DNA of 48,064 nucleotides, taken from contig JAKALT010000007.1 of assembly GCA_021813125.1 (NCBI GenBank), forward strand, positions 1 to 48,064. Reading direction: 5' to 3'. Made by a program: the position numbers and the translations under genes. Under the pieces are notes generated by a model that saw only the letters and a list, made by a program, of their open reading frames with translations, did not search any database and had not been told where the DNA came from. Origin of the DNA: a bacterium. GTDB taxonomy: Bacteria; Patescibacteriota; Microgenomatia; Curtissbacterales; GWA2-41-24. Numbering within the stretch: position 1 is the stretch's first letter; each line of letters starts with the position of its first letter. Below, in pieces: positions 9,126 to 18,339 of this stretch.

Positions 9126-9153
9126 TTGACAAACAAAAAAACCTTGCTAAAAT
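9126..9153 (+). promoter_or_regulatory. Sigma70-type promoter of groES-groEL
   Basis: TTGACA 9126-9131, 16-nt spacer, TGcTAAAAT 9145-9153. Confidence 0.75.
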
Positions 9154-9154
9154 A

Positions 9155-9181
9155 TTAGCAGTCACGGACACTAAGTGCTCG
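9155..9181. promoter_or_regulatory. CIRCE-like HrcA operator (degenerate)
   Basis: TTAGCAGTC-N9-AAGTGCTCG versus consensus TTAGCACTC-N9-GAGTGCTAA, immediately downstream of the groES -10. Confidence 0.65.
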
Positions 9182-9199
9182 TGATTTTTGCCCAAAAAG

Positions 9200-9253
9200 G
9201 ATTGAGGATTGAGAACTGAGTAGTTAACTCAGAACTAACAACTCAGAACTAAC
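9200..9253. repeat. Heptamer tandem/inverted repeat cluster in groES leader
   Basis: GATTGAG GATTGAG AACTGAG tagtt AACTCAG AACTAAC AACTCAG AACTAAC; exact 14-mer duplicate at 9226-9239/9240-9253. Confidence 0.8.
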
Positions 9254-9255
9254 CA

Positions 9256-9540
9256 ATGATAAAACCATTAGCCGGATACGTCTTAATAGAACCTGCCCCA
9301 AAAGAAACTAAAACAGCCAGTGGAATTGTCCTTCCGGAATCAGCCGAAGAAAAACCGCAGGAAGGAAAAGTTATCGCTTGCGGTGATGATTTAGTCGAAG
9401 AAGGAAAAACCGTCAAATGTCCTGTAAAAGTAGGGGAAAAGGTCATTTACAAAAAATGGGGCGGAAACGAACTTAAAGTCGAAGGAAAGGAGCTTTTGCT
9501 CATCAAATTTGAGGATTTGATGGCAATAGTAGGGAAATAA
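9256..9540 (+). CDS. groES: Co-chaperonin GroES
   Basis: IKPL, KTASGIVLP, EKPQEG, VKVGEKV motifs; 94 aa. Confidence 0.97.
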   Translation: MIKPLAGYVLIEPAPKETKTASGIVLPESAEEKPQEGKVIACGDDLVEEGKTVKCPVKVGEKVIYKKWGGNELKVEGKELLLIKFEDLMAIVGK

Positions 9541-9541
9541 A

Positions 9542-9727
9542 ATGAGCCTAAAGGACCGAGAATCGTCAGACAAAAATTCAATTCAGATGATACAAAAGCT
9601 TGATTCATCTGTTGTAGTCAGATTCTATGAAGGAGAACCCCCCATTCTTATAGAAGAAAGTCAATCACAAGCCGTCCAAACGCCAAAAAGTCCATTTGAG
9701 GAAAAACACCAGAAAATCCATTTTTGA
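9542..9727 (+). CDS. Hypothetical 61-aa protein between groES and groEL
   Basis: ATG starts 1 nt after the groES stop and the ORF fills the gap almost exactly; no recognisable motif. Confidence 0.5.
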   Translation: MSLKDRESSDKNSIQMIQKLDSSVVVRFYEGEPPILIEESQSQAVQTPKSPFEEKHQKIHF

Positions 9728-9748
9728 GAAAAACCAAGGACTAAACAA

Positions 9749-11374
9749 ATGGCTAAACAACTTTTATACGCAGAAGAAGCAAGAACAAAACTAAAGGCAG
9801 GTGTCGACAAGCTCGCAGCAGCCGTTGCAACTACTCTAGGCCCAAAAGGCAGGAATGTAGCCTTAGACAAGAAGTGGGGGGCCCCAAACGTTATCCACGA
9901 CGGTGTTACCGTCGCCAAAGAAATTGAACTCGAAGACCCGTTTGAAAACATGGGCGCATCACTTGTTAAAGAAGCAGCCAGCAAAACCAACGATTCTGCA
10001 GGAGACGGAACCACAACCGCAACAGTATTAGCACAAGCCATAGTAGAAGAAGGCCTCAAAAATGTAACTGCCGGCGCCAATCCAATGATCCTAAAACATG
10101 GTGTAGAGAAGGCAACCGAGGCAGTAGTAGCGGAACTTAAGAAAATGGCTAAAAAAGTTGCCGACCGTGGTGAAATTGAAAAAATCGCCACAATTTCCGC
10201 AGCCGATGCCACAATCGGCAAAATGATAGCCGACGCCCTGGAAAAAGTCGGCGCCGATGGTGTAGTCACGGTTGAAGAATCAAAAGGCTTGGATACCTAC
10301 GTTGACACCAAAGAAGGCATGGAGTTTGACCGCGGTTTCGTATCCCCTTATTTTGTTACCGACACGGACAAAATGAAGGCAATAGTAGACGACGCTCACA
10401 TTTTAATTACCGACCAAAAAATCGCATCTTTAAACGACCTTTTGCAATTCTTGGAAAATTTCGTCAAAGTGAGCAAAAACTTAGTCATTATAGCCGACGA
10501 AGTTGAAGGTGAAGCCCTGGCAACCTTGGTCATAAACAGAATCAAAAGCACATTCAACGTTCTGGCTGTCAAAGCCCCCGGTTTTGGTGACCGCCGAAAA
10601 GAAATGCTCGAAGACATCGCAATTCTTACAGGTGGAACTGTTATCTCTGAAGACATGGGCAGGAAACTTGAATCAGTAACCATTGATGATCTAGGAAAAG
10701 CGGATCAGGTAATTTCCGACAAAGAAAATACAATTATAGTTGGCGGAAAAGGTACAAAAAACGCAATTGACGCCCGAATAAAACAAATCAGAAACGAAAT
10801 CGAAACAACCGACAGCGATTTTGACCGCGAAAAGCTTCAGGAGCGTTTGGCCAAGCTTTCCGGCGGCGTTGCCGTCATAAATGTCGGTGCGGCTACCGAA
10901 ATCGAGCTCAAAGAGAAAAAAGAAAGGGTAGACGATGCTGTTCATGCTACAAAAGCCGCTGTTGAAGAAGGTTATGTTGTAGGTGGAGGGGTTGCTCTGG
11001 TGCGCGTCAGCAAATCACTCGACAAACTTATATCCTCAACCGCCGAAAATGACGAAAGAATCGGTGTTGAAATTGTCAAAGCAGCACTCAATAAACCGCT
11101 TGCAATGCTTGCCAAAAATGCAGGGATAGACAGCGGCTGGGCGGTCAAAGAAGTTGAAAAAGCTGCCGGCAATGTCGGTTTGAATGCCCTAAACGGTAAA
11201 TTCGAAGATTTGGTTGCAGCAGGCGTTATCGACCCTGTCAAAGTTACCCGGTCTGCACTCCAAAACGCAGCCTCCGTTGCCATGATGATTTTAACTACAG
11301 AAGCTTTGGTTACAGACCTTCCGGAAAAAGAAAAAGCCCCTATGATGCCTCCGGGCGGCATGGGCGACTATTAA
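9749..11374 (+). CDS. groEL: Chaperonin GroEL
   Basis: [39 protein letters not shown] tail. Confidence 0.99.
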   Translation: MAKQLLYAEEARTKLKAGVDKLAAAVATTLGPKGRNVALDKKWGAPNVIHDGVTVAKEIELEDPFENMGASLVKEAASKTNDSAGDGTTTATVLAQAIVEEGLKNVTAGANPMILKHGVEKATEAVVAELKKMAKKVADRGEIEKIATISAADATIGKMIADALEKVGADGVVTVEESKGLDTYVDTKEGMEFDRGFVSPYFVTDTDKMKAIVDDAHILITDQKIASLNDLLQFLENFVKVSKNLVIIADEVEGEALATLVINRIKSTFNVLAVKAPGFGDRRKEMLEDIAILTGGTVISEDMGRKLESVTIDDLGKADQVISDKENTIIVGGKGTKNAIDARIKQIRNEIETTDSDFDREKLQERLAKLSGGVAVINVGAATEIELKEKKERVDDAVHATKAAVEEGYVVGGGVALVRVSKSLDKLISSTAENDERIGVEIVKAALNKPLAMLAKNAGIDSGWAVKEVEKAAGNVGLNALNGKFEDLVAAGVIDPVKVTRSALQNAASVAMMILTTEALVTDLPEKEKAPMMPPGGMGDY

Positions 11375-11438
11375 AACCTAAATCCCACTTCAGTATCTTG
11401 ACTGCTCCAAATATTGGAGTTAACTTTGAATTGTACTA

Positions 11439-11466
11439 GCTTTTGTGCAAAGAAAAGCCTTTTTTT
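11439..11466 (+). terminator. Probable intrinsic terminator after groEL
   Basis: GCTTTT-gtgcaaag-AAAAGC followed by C and a T run. Confidence 0.5.
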
Positions 11467-11471
11467 GAATT

Positions 11472-11687
11472 ATGTCAGCAAGAGAAAGAGGAATGTATGG
11501 TGAAGTCATTCATCCAAGGGCGGCCTTGAAAGGTCACGACGGAGGAAGAGGGCCGACACCAAACCAGCGAGATCATCTTAACACTATCCACTGGAGAAGA
11601 ATATTAGATGGGTTGCCTAAACCTCGTACACAAACAAGCCCAAGGGAATCAGTATTATCTCCTGAATCAGCCCTAAACCTTTCTTGA
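11472..11687 (+). CDS. Hypothetical 71-aa protein
   Basis: ATG ORF filling the gap between groEL and the convergent gene; no motif. Confidence 0.4.
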   Translation: MSARERGMYGEVIHPRAALKGHDGGRGPTPNQRDHLNTIHWRRILDGLPKPRTQTSPRESVLSPESALNLS

Positions 11688-11696
11688 GGGGCTGAA

Positions 11697-12389
11697 CTAC
11701 TTCAGCACGATCTTAATCATCGCATTTCCTACATTTGCCGCAAAATCACTCATATCGGTTTTTGCCTGAATCCTATATGTTTTTGGGCCGTACTGGAAGG
11801 GTATCTTGGCAGAAGTTCTAAATTCACCCGTTGACGAGGATGAAGAAATCTCACTTTCATAATAAGGGTTGTTGTCATTGACATTAATTATTCTTGCCCA
11901 AGCTTTCCCGTTACCGTTTGTTACCCAGATTGAAGCCTGAAACACCATGTAGTCAATTGGCGGATATTTATTTGTGTCGATTGAAACTTCCGCACCGCTT
12001 ATATCAGAATAAGTGCTGCTCTTTGAAGATCCGGACCCGATGGGAATAAATATTTCCTTTTGCGCTGTTTGGATTATCGTTTGTGTTTCTTTTTGAATAA
12101 CAGTTTGTACGGGTTGAGATTGACTTTGGCTCCGAGGCTGAGTTGTCTGAGGTTGAACCGTAGGGCTTTCATGAGCAGAGGCTAAAGGTGCGGGAGATGG
12201 TGTTGCAAAAATCACACCTGGCGGAGGGCTTACAGCTACATTACCTTCAGAATTAGCTTTAGAAGAAGAAAGTTCGGCCGGCGTCTTTTTAAAGATCCAC
12301 CAGTTTAAAATTGCCAAATCTAAAAGTGCCACCACCAAAATAGCTAAACCGAATTTGGAAAGGATTTTAGAAGCCAAAGATTGTTCCAT
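11697..12389 (-). CDS. Membrane-anchored hypothetical protein with Pro/Ser/Gln linker and beta-rich C-terminal domain
   Basis: N-terminal TM, low-complexity linker (SPPP, TPSPAP, QPQ), EIFIPIGSG-type C-terminal domain. Confidence 0.75.
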   Translation of the reverse strand: MEQSLASKILSKFGLAILVVALLDLAILNWWIFKKTPAELSSSKANSEGNVAVSPPPGVIFATPSPAPLASAHESPTVQPQTTQPRSQSQSQPVQTVIQKETQTIIQTAQKEIFIPIGSGSSKSSTYSDISGAEVSIDTNKYPPIDYMVFQASIWVTNGNGKAWARIINVNDNNPYYESEISSSSSTGEFRTSAKIPFQYGPKTYRIQAKTDMSDFAANVGNAMIKIVLK

Positions 12390-12477
12390 AGGCAGTATTA
12401 ACCTTATTTTAGTCGTTGAAACGGTTATTGTCTAAGAAGCAATTTTAAAAAGTCATTATGATAAACTTAAAGTTGAA

Positions 12478-12984
12478 GTGGAACACAAAAAACCCCCTAA
12501 AGGCAAAAAGAAACAGCTCCAAAAACTTTTAGGAAGTGGGGAAGAGGTTGTTTATGTTACATCTATAGGAAGCCGCTATTTTTGGATAAACTTTATCACC
12601 ATGCTGCCTTTGGCATTTCTATTAATCGGGATGCCAAAACTTTCCCAGTTGGTCAGACAGCGCCAGTCATTCACGTATGCTCTCACAAATCGCCGTTTTA
12701 TGATAATTCGCGGTATTTTCTCAAGAAAAATTGTGACGGCACCCTTAACTGCAATTACCCACGTGACAATTGAACAGTCATTCGTCCAAAGGTTTGTCTA
12801 TAACACCGGCCATCTTGTCATCATTACAGCCGGATTCGACCAAAGGGAAATCGTTATCGAAAATATCGGCAATCCGGTCGAATTCAAAATTATGATAGAG
12901 GAACTAACCAGAAAGATCGAAGATTCTTGGGAAGGTGAAGACGACAAAAAAGAAACGTTTAAGCTGCGTTCTCTCTCAGGTTAA
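12478..12984 (+). CDS. Bacterial PH-domain (bPH_2) membrane-flanked protein
   Basis: GEEVVY, Y.LTNRR...RGIFSR, I..V.IEQS..QR...TGHL.I.TAG pattern. Confidence 0.8.
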   Translation: MEHKKPPKGKKKQLQKLLGSGEEVVYVTSIGSRYFWINFITMLPLAFLLIGMPKLSQLVRQRQSFTYALTNRRFMIIRGIFSRKIVTAPLTAITHVTIEQSFVQRFVYNTGHLVIITAGFDQREIVIENIGNPVEFKIMIEELTRKIEDSWEGEDDKKETFKLRSLSG

Positions 12985-13742
12985 TTGTCCGGCAAAACAC
13001 TTGAAGGATTAATCATAACCCCATTATCAAAAACCTCAATATGAACGTGCGGCCCGGTTGTATGTCCGGTTAAACCGACGTTTCCAATTTTTGTCGTTTC
13101 GGAAATCACATCACCTCTACCAACATCCATTCTGCTCATATGGGCGTAAAGCGACTGTAACCCGTCGCCGTGGTCGATAATAACCGTATTTCCATGGCCG
13201 TCAGGCATAAAACCAACATATATTACTTTTCCGCCCCCCAAAGGATAAATTGGAGACCCGTATGCTGCCGCAATGTCGTCGGCTCTATGATAACCACTAA
13301 ACCCTTGCGAAATCACACCCCCGACAACCGGCATTCTAAAATTGAATGGAGACCTTTTTGCAGCTATACTGGCCTGAAGCAGTATTTCGTCAGGATTTTT
13401 CGCTTCATTATTTTTTGCAACCAATATTGCTTCTCCATTGACTTTAATATCTGCCTCTTTAGCCTTAAGATAACCGGCACCGATATTTGTCAAAAACAGC
13501 AAAATAATAAGGATTAAGGTTAGTTTTGAAAACAGCCTTATTCTTGGCCTTATAGCAATTTGATTTTGAACGCCCTTGAACCCGTGCTTTATAGCTTTGT
13601 TAGCCTCCATTTTGGCGTATTTGCGAATAAGTCGGCTGTATTTGTTTTTGAAAACGACGAACCTAAAAGAGCGTTTTGCAGCTCTTTTTGCGATTACAAC
13701 TTGTCTTTTTACAGACTTTCTAAGTTGTTTGTTTAGTTTCAT
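12981..13742 (-). CDS. M23 family metallopeptidase (membrane-anchored)
   Basis: HRADD (HxxxD), GNTVIIDHGDG, SLYAHM, GLTGHTTGPHVH (HxH). Confidence 0.93.
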   Translation of the reverse strand: MKLNKQLRKSVKRQVVIAKRAAKRSFRFVVFKNKYSRLIRKYAKMEANKAIKHGFKGVQNQIAIRPRIRLFSKLTLILIILLFLTNIGAGYLKAKEADIKVNGEAILVAKNNEAKNPDEILLQASIAAKRSPFNFRMPVVGGVISQGFSGYHRADDIAAAYGSPIYPLGGGKVIYVGFMPDGHGNTVIIDHGDGLQSLYAHMSRMDVGRGDVISETTKIGNVGLTGHTTGPHVHIEVFDNGVMINPSSVLPDN

Positions 13743-13850
13743 TTATTTTTAAACTCCTCAAGCTTTAAAAAGCCCACAAAAACCCCTTTCAGAAAAAAGC
13801 AGGGGATTAATATGGGTATTCAGCCCATAGTGAGGAATTTACAAAGCAAA

Positions 13851-13879
13851 AGTATAGCATAAATAGAAGCCAAAGTCAA
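13851..13879 (-). promoter_or_regulatory. Sigma70-type promoter for M23 peptidase gene
   Basis: Minus strand TTGACT (13879-13874), 17-nt spacer, TGcTATACT (13859-13851); gives a ~100-nt leader. Confidence 0.75.
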
Positions 13880-13971
13880 ATCACAAACAAATACTAATAA
13901 AACCTATAGTTATAAAAGGGAATGCATTAAAATCTTGCTTATTTCTAATCTAAAGTGTTAATTTAAATCCA

Positions 13972-14799
13972 ATGCCTAAAGAGGGAATTCGCGCGAAAAA
14001 ATGCAAAAAAAATAAAATTACCGGCCTTGTTTTAATTTATTTTTTAGCCGCTTTTTTACTATCCGGTTGCAGCCTCACGGCTTTTAACAAGCCTGCCGCC
14101 CTTCAAGTGACATCTGTGCCTGGATCATCGGTATTTATGGACGGTAAGCTGTTAGGGAAAACGCCTTATTACTCGGATCAGGTTACATCGGGTGATCACA
14201 CTATCAAACTTTCAGCTTCCCAGTCTAGCTACACTACCCAAATCGCATTAAGGTCAGGAACTTTAACTGTTATAAACCGCGAGCTTGCGGACAATTTTTC
14301 CGCTCAATCTGGCGAAAATCTTTGGCTGGAACCAGGTTTATCGGGAACACTTTTAATTTCTCGCCCACAAGATACGGAAATTACAATTGACGGCAAATTT
14401 TACGGCACCGCGCCGAAACTTATTAAAAATCTCGATGATGGAGACCACCAGGTACAACTCACAAAAGCAGGTTACATAAACCGTCAATTCGCCATTAAAA
14501 CTTCTTCAAAATACAGGTTAACTGCTGATGTGACCCTGGCATCAGAAATAGGAAGGGGCCAGGTTCAGATGGCGGAACCAAGCCCCCAGGTTCAAGTCCA
14601 AAAAGTCGAGATCTTAAAAACCCCTCAGGGATTTTTAAGGGTCAGAAAAGATGCATCTTTAACCAGCGATGAAATTGGCCGCGTTTCCACTGGCGACCAG
14701 TTGGAAGTTATTCAAAAAACCGACGATTGGGTAAAAGTTCTCTTCGAGGGCAAACAAGGTTGGATCTCAAAAACTTACACTAAAGACCTTTCTCAATAA
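13972..14799 (+). CDS. Lipoprotein with two PEGA domains and C-terminal SH3-like domain
   Basis: Lipobox LSGC; LQVTSVPGSSVFMDGKLLGKTP and SRPQDTEITIDG PEGA repeats; LRVRK...GWIS SH3 motif. Confidence 0.88.
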   Translation: MPKEGIRAKKCKKNKITGLVLIYFLAAFLLSGCSLTAFNKPAALQVTSVPGSSVFMDGKLLGKTPYYSDQVTSGDHTIKLSASQSSYTTQIALRSGTLTVINRELADNFSAQSGENLWLEPGLSGTLLISRPQDTEITIDGKFYGTAPKLIKNLDDGDHQVQLTKAGYINRQFAIKTSSKYRLTADVTLASEIGRGQVQMAEPSPQVQVQKVEILKTPQGFLRVRKDASLTSDEIGRVSTGDQLEVIQKTDDWVKVLFEGKQGWISKTYTKDLSQ

Positions 14800-14861
14800 C
14801 TACTCTAAATATCTATTGGGCTAATCTTGATTCTTGGTACCCGATACTTGATACTTAACTT

Positions 14862-15401
14862 ATGGTCGCCAAAAGTCTCACAAAACTCATAGATGAGGCA
14901 ATTTTCCCCGCCCTTACACTTGTTGTTGCCAAAATGTTAGGCCTTCTTTTGAGCGCATTTTTTCTAAATCTTCCTTTTGAAATTAAAGCTAAAGCAATTT
15001 TTGGCATTTTGCCCGCAATTAATTTTTTAAACGTTTCAAATTATATTACTGCAGAAAATTATTCAAACCTTGCAATGTTTTTGGCGGCTGCTATAGGTGC
15101 CACCTTTGTTTTAATAAGAGCTTATTTTTTCCACGAAAGCCATGTTCACCCCAATCTTCAAGCTAAACTTGCGGCCCTGAATTTGGAAAACATCATTGCC
15201 CCAAGTTACCACCTTTACCATCAGGCTTTAATTTGGTTGATTTTTGTCTGGATGACCGTCGGATTTCTGGTCGTATCCACATTTCTTAAAATTACATATC
15301 CCGCGATTTCGGTAGTGGCCTTTATTCTGGCTGCTAATCTTTCGTGGATTTTTGCAATAGACGTTGAAAAAGAAATAGAAATCACAAAAACTTATCAATG
15401 A
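14862..15401 (+). CDS. Hypothetical integral membrane protein
   Basis: About 4 hydrophobic segments; overlaps the next gene via ATGA-type coupling. Confidence 0.75.
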   Translation: MVAKSLTKLIDEAIFPALTLVVAKMLGLLLSAFFLNLPFEIKAKAIFGILPAINFLNVSNYITAENYSNLAMFLAAAIGATFVLIRAYFFHESHVHPNLQAKLAALNLENIIAPSYHLYHQALIWLIFVWMTVGFLVVSTFLKITYPAISVVAFILAANLSWIFAIDVEKEIEITKTYQ

Positions 15402-15838
15402 AGCTAAACCTGCAAATCGCAATTGCAAATTTTCTAGCCACCTTTTTACTTGTGGCACTTATCGTAAGTCCGATTTATTTTGCCAAAAATTTTTCCCAGG
15501 TTGCCGGAGTCAAAACCGAGTCAAGATATTTGCTAATTTCCCAAACCGATAAATTTCCCAATATGACATTTACCCAAAGTGGCCAAACGTATCAACTATC
15601 ATTTACTAAGCAAAGCCAAAATCAGGCATTTTTAAGCGTTTTTATAGTCAATAACCCTACTCAAAGTCCTCAAAAATACACCCTCAAAACACCTTCAGCC
15701 CAAACAGCAATTTTTTTTGGTGATGATGTTAACAACTTGCAAAGTTCCGTGGTCGTCCCGGCACAGTCATCTGTACCAATCAGTATTTTTGCCAAAACAG
15801 ATTCTTTGGCTGATCTGATCTCTTTCACCATAAACTAG
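15398..15838 (+). CDS. Hypothetical membrane-anchored protein
   Basis: N-terminal TM followed by the QVAGV motif common in CPR secreted proteins; beta-rich domain. Confidence 0.7.
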   Translation: MKLNLQIAIANFLATFLLVALIVSPIYFAKNFSQVAGVKTESRYLLISQTDKFPNMTFTQSGQTYQLSFTKQSQNQAFLSVFIVNNPTQSPQKYTLKTPSAQTAIFFGDDVNNLQSSVVVPAQSSVPISIFAKTDSLADLISFTIN

Positions 15839-15846
15839 CTTAAAAA

Positions 15847-16857
15847 TTACTGGATGTAATGAAGAAACCTTGTCGGAAGGATATCTGCGCCGTAAATTAC
15901 CACAAAAACTAAAACTATCCAGATTACGACAGTTGCAAGAAGCGGTGTGTCCGAAAGTAAAATTCGCTCCGGTGATTCACCTTCTTTTTTCTCATAAATT
16001 ACGTAAAGATATCTCATAACCCCATAAATTACAAAAGGAACACTTCCCATAAGCCATTTGGATGCTAAAAAGGTTCGGGGTAAATAATCACCAAAAAGAA
16101 CGAGTACCTGAGGCCCTGCAGAGGGTGGCGGCTGCAGGAAAGTAAACATGGTATAAGAAAACCAGCAGGCAGTTGCAAACATCACAGTCAAAGAATCCAA
16201 AAGTGTTTCCGGGTAATGATGAAGAATTTCTCTAGTATTCAAATCTCGGACCCCTGCTCCCAAAAGAAGAGTGCGTTCAGAACGCCTTTTACCTATTGCC
16301 AAAAATAAAGCGAGTGAGGCAACTGTCAAAATAAACCAAACCGTAACATGTGCGTCAATAAGAACAGCCCCGGCATAGACCCTAAGCAAAAATCCCGACG
16401 CAATGGCCATTACGTCTATAAGAATTAATGATCTCAAAAACAGAGAATAGGCAATCTGCAATGTTGCATAGGCCAAAATAGCCGAAAAGAAAAAAGCCCC
16501 CAACCCTTGAGACAAAAACAAAGAGGCCAGAATTAGAATGATAGCAGCAACAAATGCCGCCTGTCTGTTAATTCTTCCGGCTGCAATAGGCCTTTTGCTT
16601 TTAAAAGGATGAGCTAAATCTTTTTTAAGGTCAATGATATCGTTTATAATATAAATTCCCGATGCCATCATTGAGAATACAAAAAAGCCGTAAACTGTAA
16701 GAAAAAATTTCTCCGGATTGAAAAAAGCCCCTTCAAATACAAGCGGTGCAAAAAGCGCCAGGTTCTTTAACCACTGCCTTGGCCTTGCCGATACAAGAAC
16801 CCAAAATGGCAGCCATATTATGCCTGGCCCTTTGTTTGTAAATTGGTATTTAACCAA
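15847..16857 (-). CDS. UbiA-family polyprenyl-phosphate phosphoribosyltransferase (DPPR synthase-like)
   Basis: RPRQWLKN, YIINDIIDLKKD.AHP.K..RPIAAG, GFLLRVYAGA, KRRSE, GESPERILLSD motifs. Confidence 0.9.
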   Translation of the reverse strand: MVKYQFTNKGPGIIWLPFWVLVSARPRQWLKNLALFAPLVFEGAFFNPEKFFLTVYGFFVFSMMASGIYIINDIIDLKKDLAHPFKSKRPIAAGRINRQAAFVAAIILILASLFLSQGLGAFFFSAILAYATLQIAYSLFLRSLILIDVMAIASGFLLRVYAGAVLIDAHVTVWFILTVASLALFLAIGKRRSERTLLLGAGVRDLNTREILHHYPETLLDSLTVMFATACWFSYTMFTFLQPPPSAGPQVLVLFGDYLPRTFLASKWLMGSVPFVIYGVMRYLYVIYEKKEGESPERILLSDTPLLATVVIWIVLVFVVIYGADILPTRFLHYIQ

Positions 16858-17906
16858 AGTAAGCCTCCTAAAACTATTATACCGATTACTACACCCGCAA
16901 ATACTTTCCCAGCACTAGGAAGAACGAGTGCAATGGCCCCCAAAATAGCACAGAGAATCCAATAAAACAAGGCAACTTGCCTTTGAGAAAACCCAATCTC
17001 TAAAAGTCGATGATGAAGATGACCTTTATCTCCAAGAAAAGGCGATTTACCCGAAGCGATTCTTCTTATTACGGTAAAAACACCATCTGTTAATGGAACA
17101 GCCATAACTAGCACTGCAGTTCCTACCTTTGCCCCGGAAATAATCGCCAAAACTGCAATTAAAAATCCTAAAAAATAAGAAGCTGAATCGCCAGGAAATA
17201 TTTTTGCGGGATAAAAATTAAAAATCAAAAAACCCAATGTTGCCCCGGCTCCAACCAAAGCAAGTTTAGCGACCATCATCTGGGTTGGGTCAACAAGCGA
17301 GAATCTCAAAGAAACGGCAAAGATAATAAAAAGGGCGATAAAAGCAATTCCACCCAGTTGCCCATCAACTCCTGCCGAAAAATTAACCATGTTAATAACC
17401 CAAATAATCCAAAAAACCGCAAATAGATCTGCCAAAATGAAAATTGAATGGGTGCCGGCAAAATTAATCACGAATCTTATCGTATCAAGTCGGATTATCT
17501 CTCCTAGCCCTAATCCGCCGAAGATATTTAGAGGATTTGCAATAAAGGAAATCCCGATTCCAAATCCTACTACAACAAGTGCGGCTGCAATTTGAAACCC
17601 AAATTTTGCCCACTCATCCAGGTCAAACTTATCATCCCAGATTCCACCGACGATTAGTATTATCCCTCCAAGCAAAATTCCTGCCACCTGTTTTGTTGGC
17701 CCGATCATGAAAAGCACAGTTGCCAAAAAGGATAGAAAAATTGCCAGGCCTCCTGCACGGGGAACCGTTTTTTTGTGCAAAATGGCAGGATGCGCGTGTT
17801 TTTTTGGATCATCGACCATACCGAATTTATTGGCAAAAACCATAGTCAATGGAATCAAAAGCACTGATAATCCCAAAGCGGTCAAAAACAAAACAAACAG
17901 ACTCAT
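16818..17906 (-). CDS. WecA/TagO-type polyprenyl-phosphate HexNAc-1-phosphate transferase (MraY superfamily)
   Basis: PRAGG, GIWDD, NMVNFSAGVDG, FNFYPAKIFPGD, HLHHRL. Confidence 0.92.
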   Translation of the reverse strand: MSLFVLFLTALGLSVLLIPLTMVFANKFGMVDDPKKHAHPAILHKKTVPRAGGLAIFLSFLATVLFMIGPTKQVAGILLGGIILIVGGIWDDKFDLDEWAKFGFQIAAALVVVGFGIGISFIANPLNIFGGLGLGEIIRLDTIRFVINFAGTHSIFILADLFAVFWIIWVINMVNFSAGVDGQLGGIAFIALFIIFAVSLRFSLVDPTQMMVAKLALVGAGATLGFLIFNFYPAKIFPGDSASYFLGFLIAVLAIISGAKVGTAVLVMAVPLTDGVFTVIRRIASGKSPFLGDKGHLHHRLLEIGFSQRQVALFYWILCAILGAIALVLPSAGKVFAGVVIGIIVLGGLLWLNTNLQTKGQA

Positions 17907-18334
17907 GTGATAAGTGTGATTATTTTAAACAAATCGTAAAGCATTGCTACTGCTACAACTAAAGACGCAACAACCAAAATTCGATGTAAAAACCTGTTTT
18001 CTCCAAAAATTGTGACAGCAAGAATAAAATTTATTATTGTAAAAACGGCTGTAACTGCTGGCAAAAGCCAAAGCTCCAAAGGCTTTGCAAGAACCGTTTC
18101 TCCCCACGGGTGTGAATAAAAAAGTGGCAGCTGTAGAGGCAGCCTGCGCCAAGATTCCAAAATTAAAAAAAACTGCAAAATAATAGATCCCAAACAAAAA
18201 ATGATTCCCCAAAAAAAGAATTTATCGGCTGAAAAATTCTTCTGCGCCTCCCGCCTTATTTCCAGTTTTCTAAAAGGATTTTCCCTTACTCCAACAGTAG
18301 GAATGAAGGTAGTATTCGTTTTTATATAAACCAT
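17903..18334 (-). CDS. Small membrane protein (DUF1648-like)
   Basis: 3 TM segments with LP.QLPLFYS.PWG motif. Confidence 0.65.
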   Translation of the reverse strand: MVYIKTNTTFIPTVGVRENPFRKLEIRREAQKNFSADKFFFWGIIFCLGSIILQFFLILESWRRLPLQLPLFYSHPWGETVLAKPLELWLLPAVTAVFTIINFILAVTIFGENRFLHRILVVASLVVAVAMLYDLFKIITLIT

Positions 18335-18339
18335 AAAGT

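Noticed and set aside
9200-9253. Possible mini-CRISPR array
   Set aside because: Repeats are 7/14 nt and contiguous, with no unique spacers; no cas genes in the window.
13743-13845. c-di-AMP (ydaO) riboswitch call
   Set aside because: Only a GCUGAAU fragment resembles it; the GGGGAACC and CAGCUAAC-type conserved segments are absent, so it is reported as an unknown leader.
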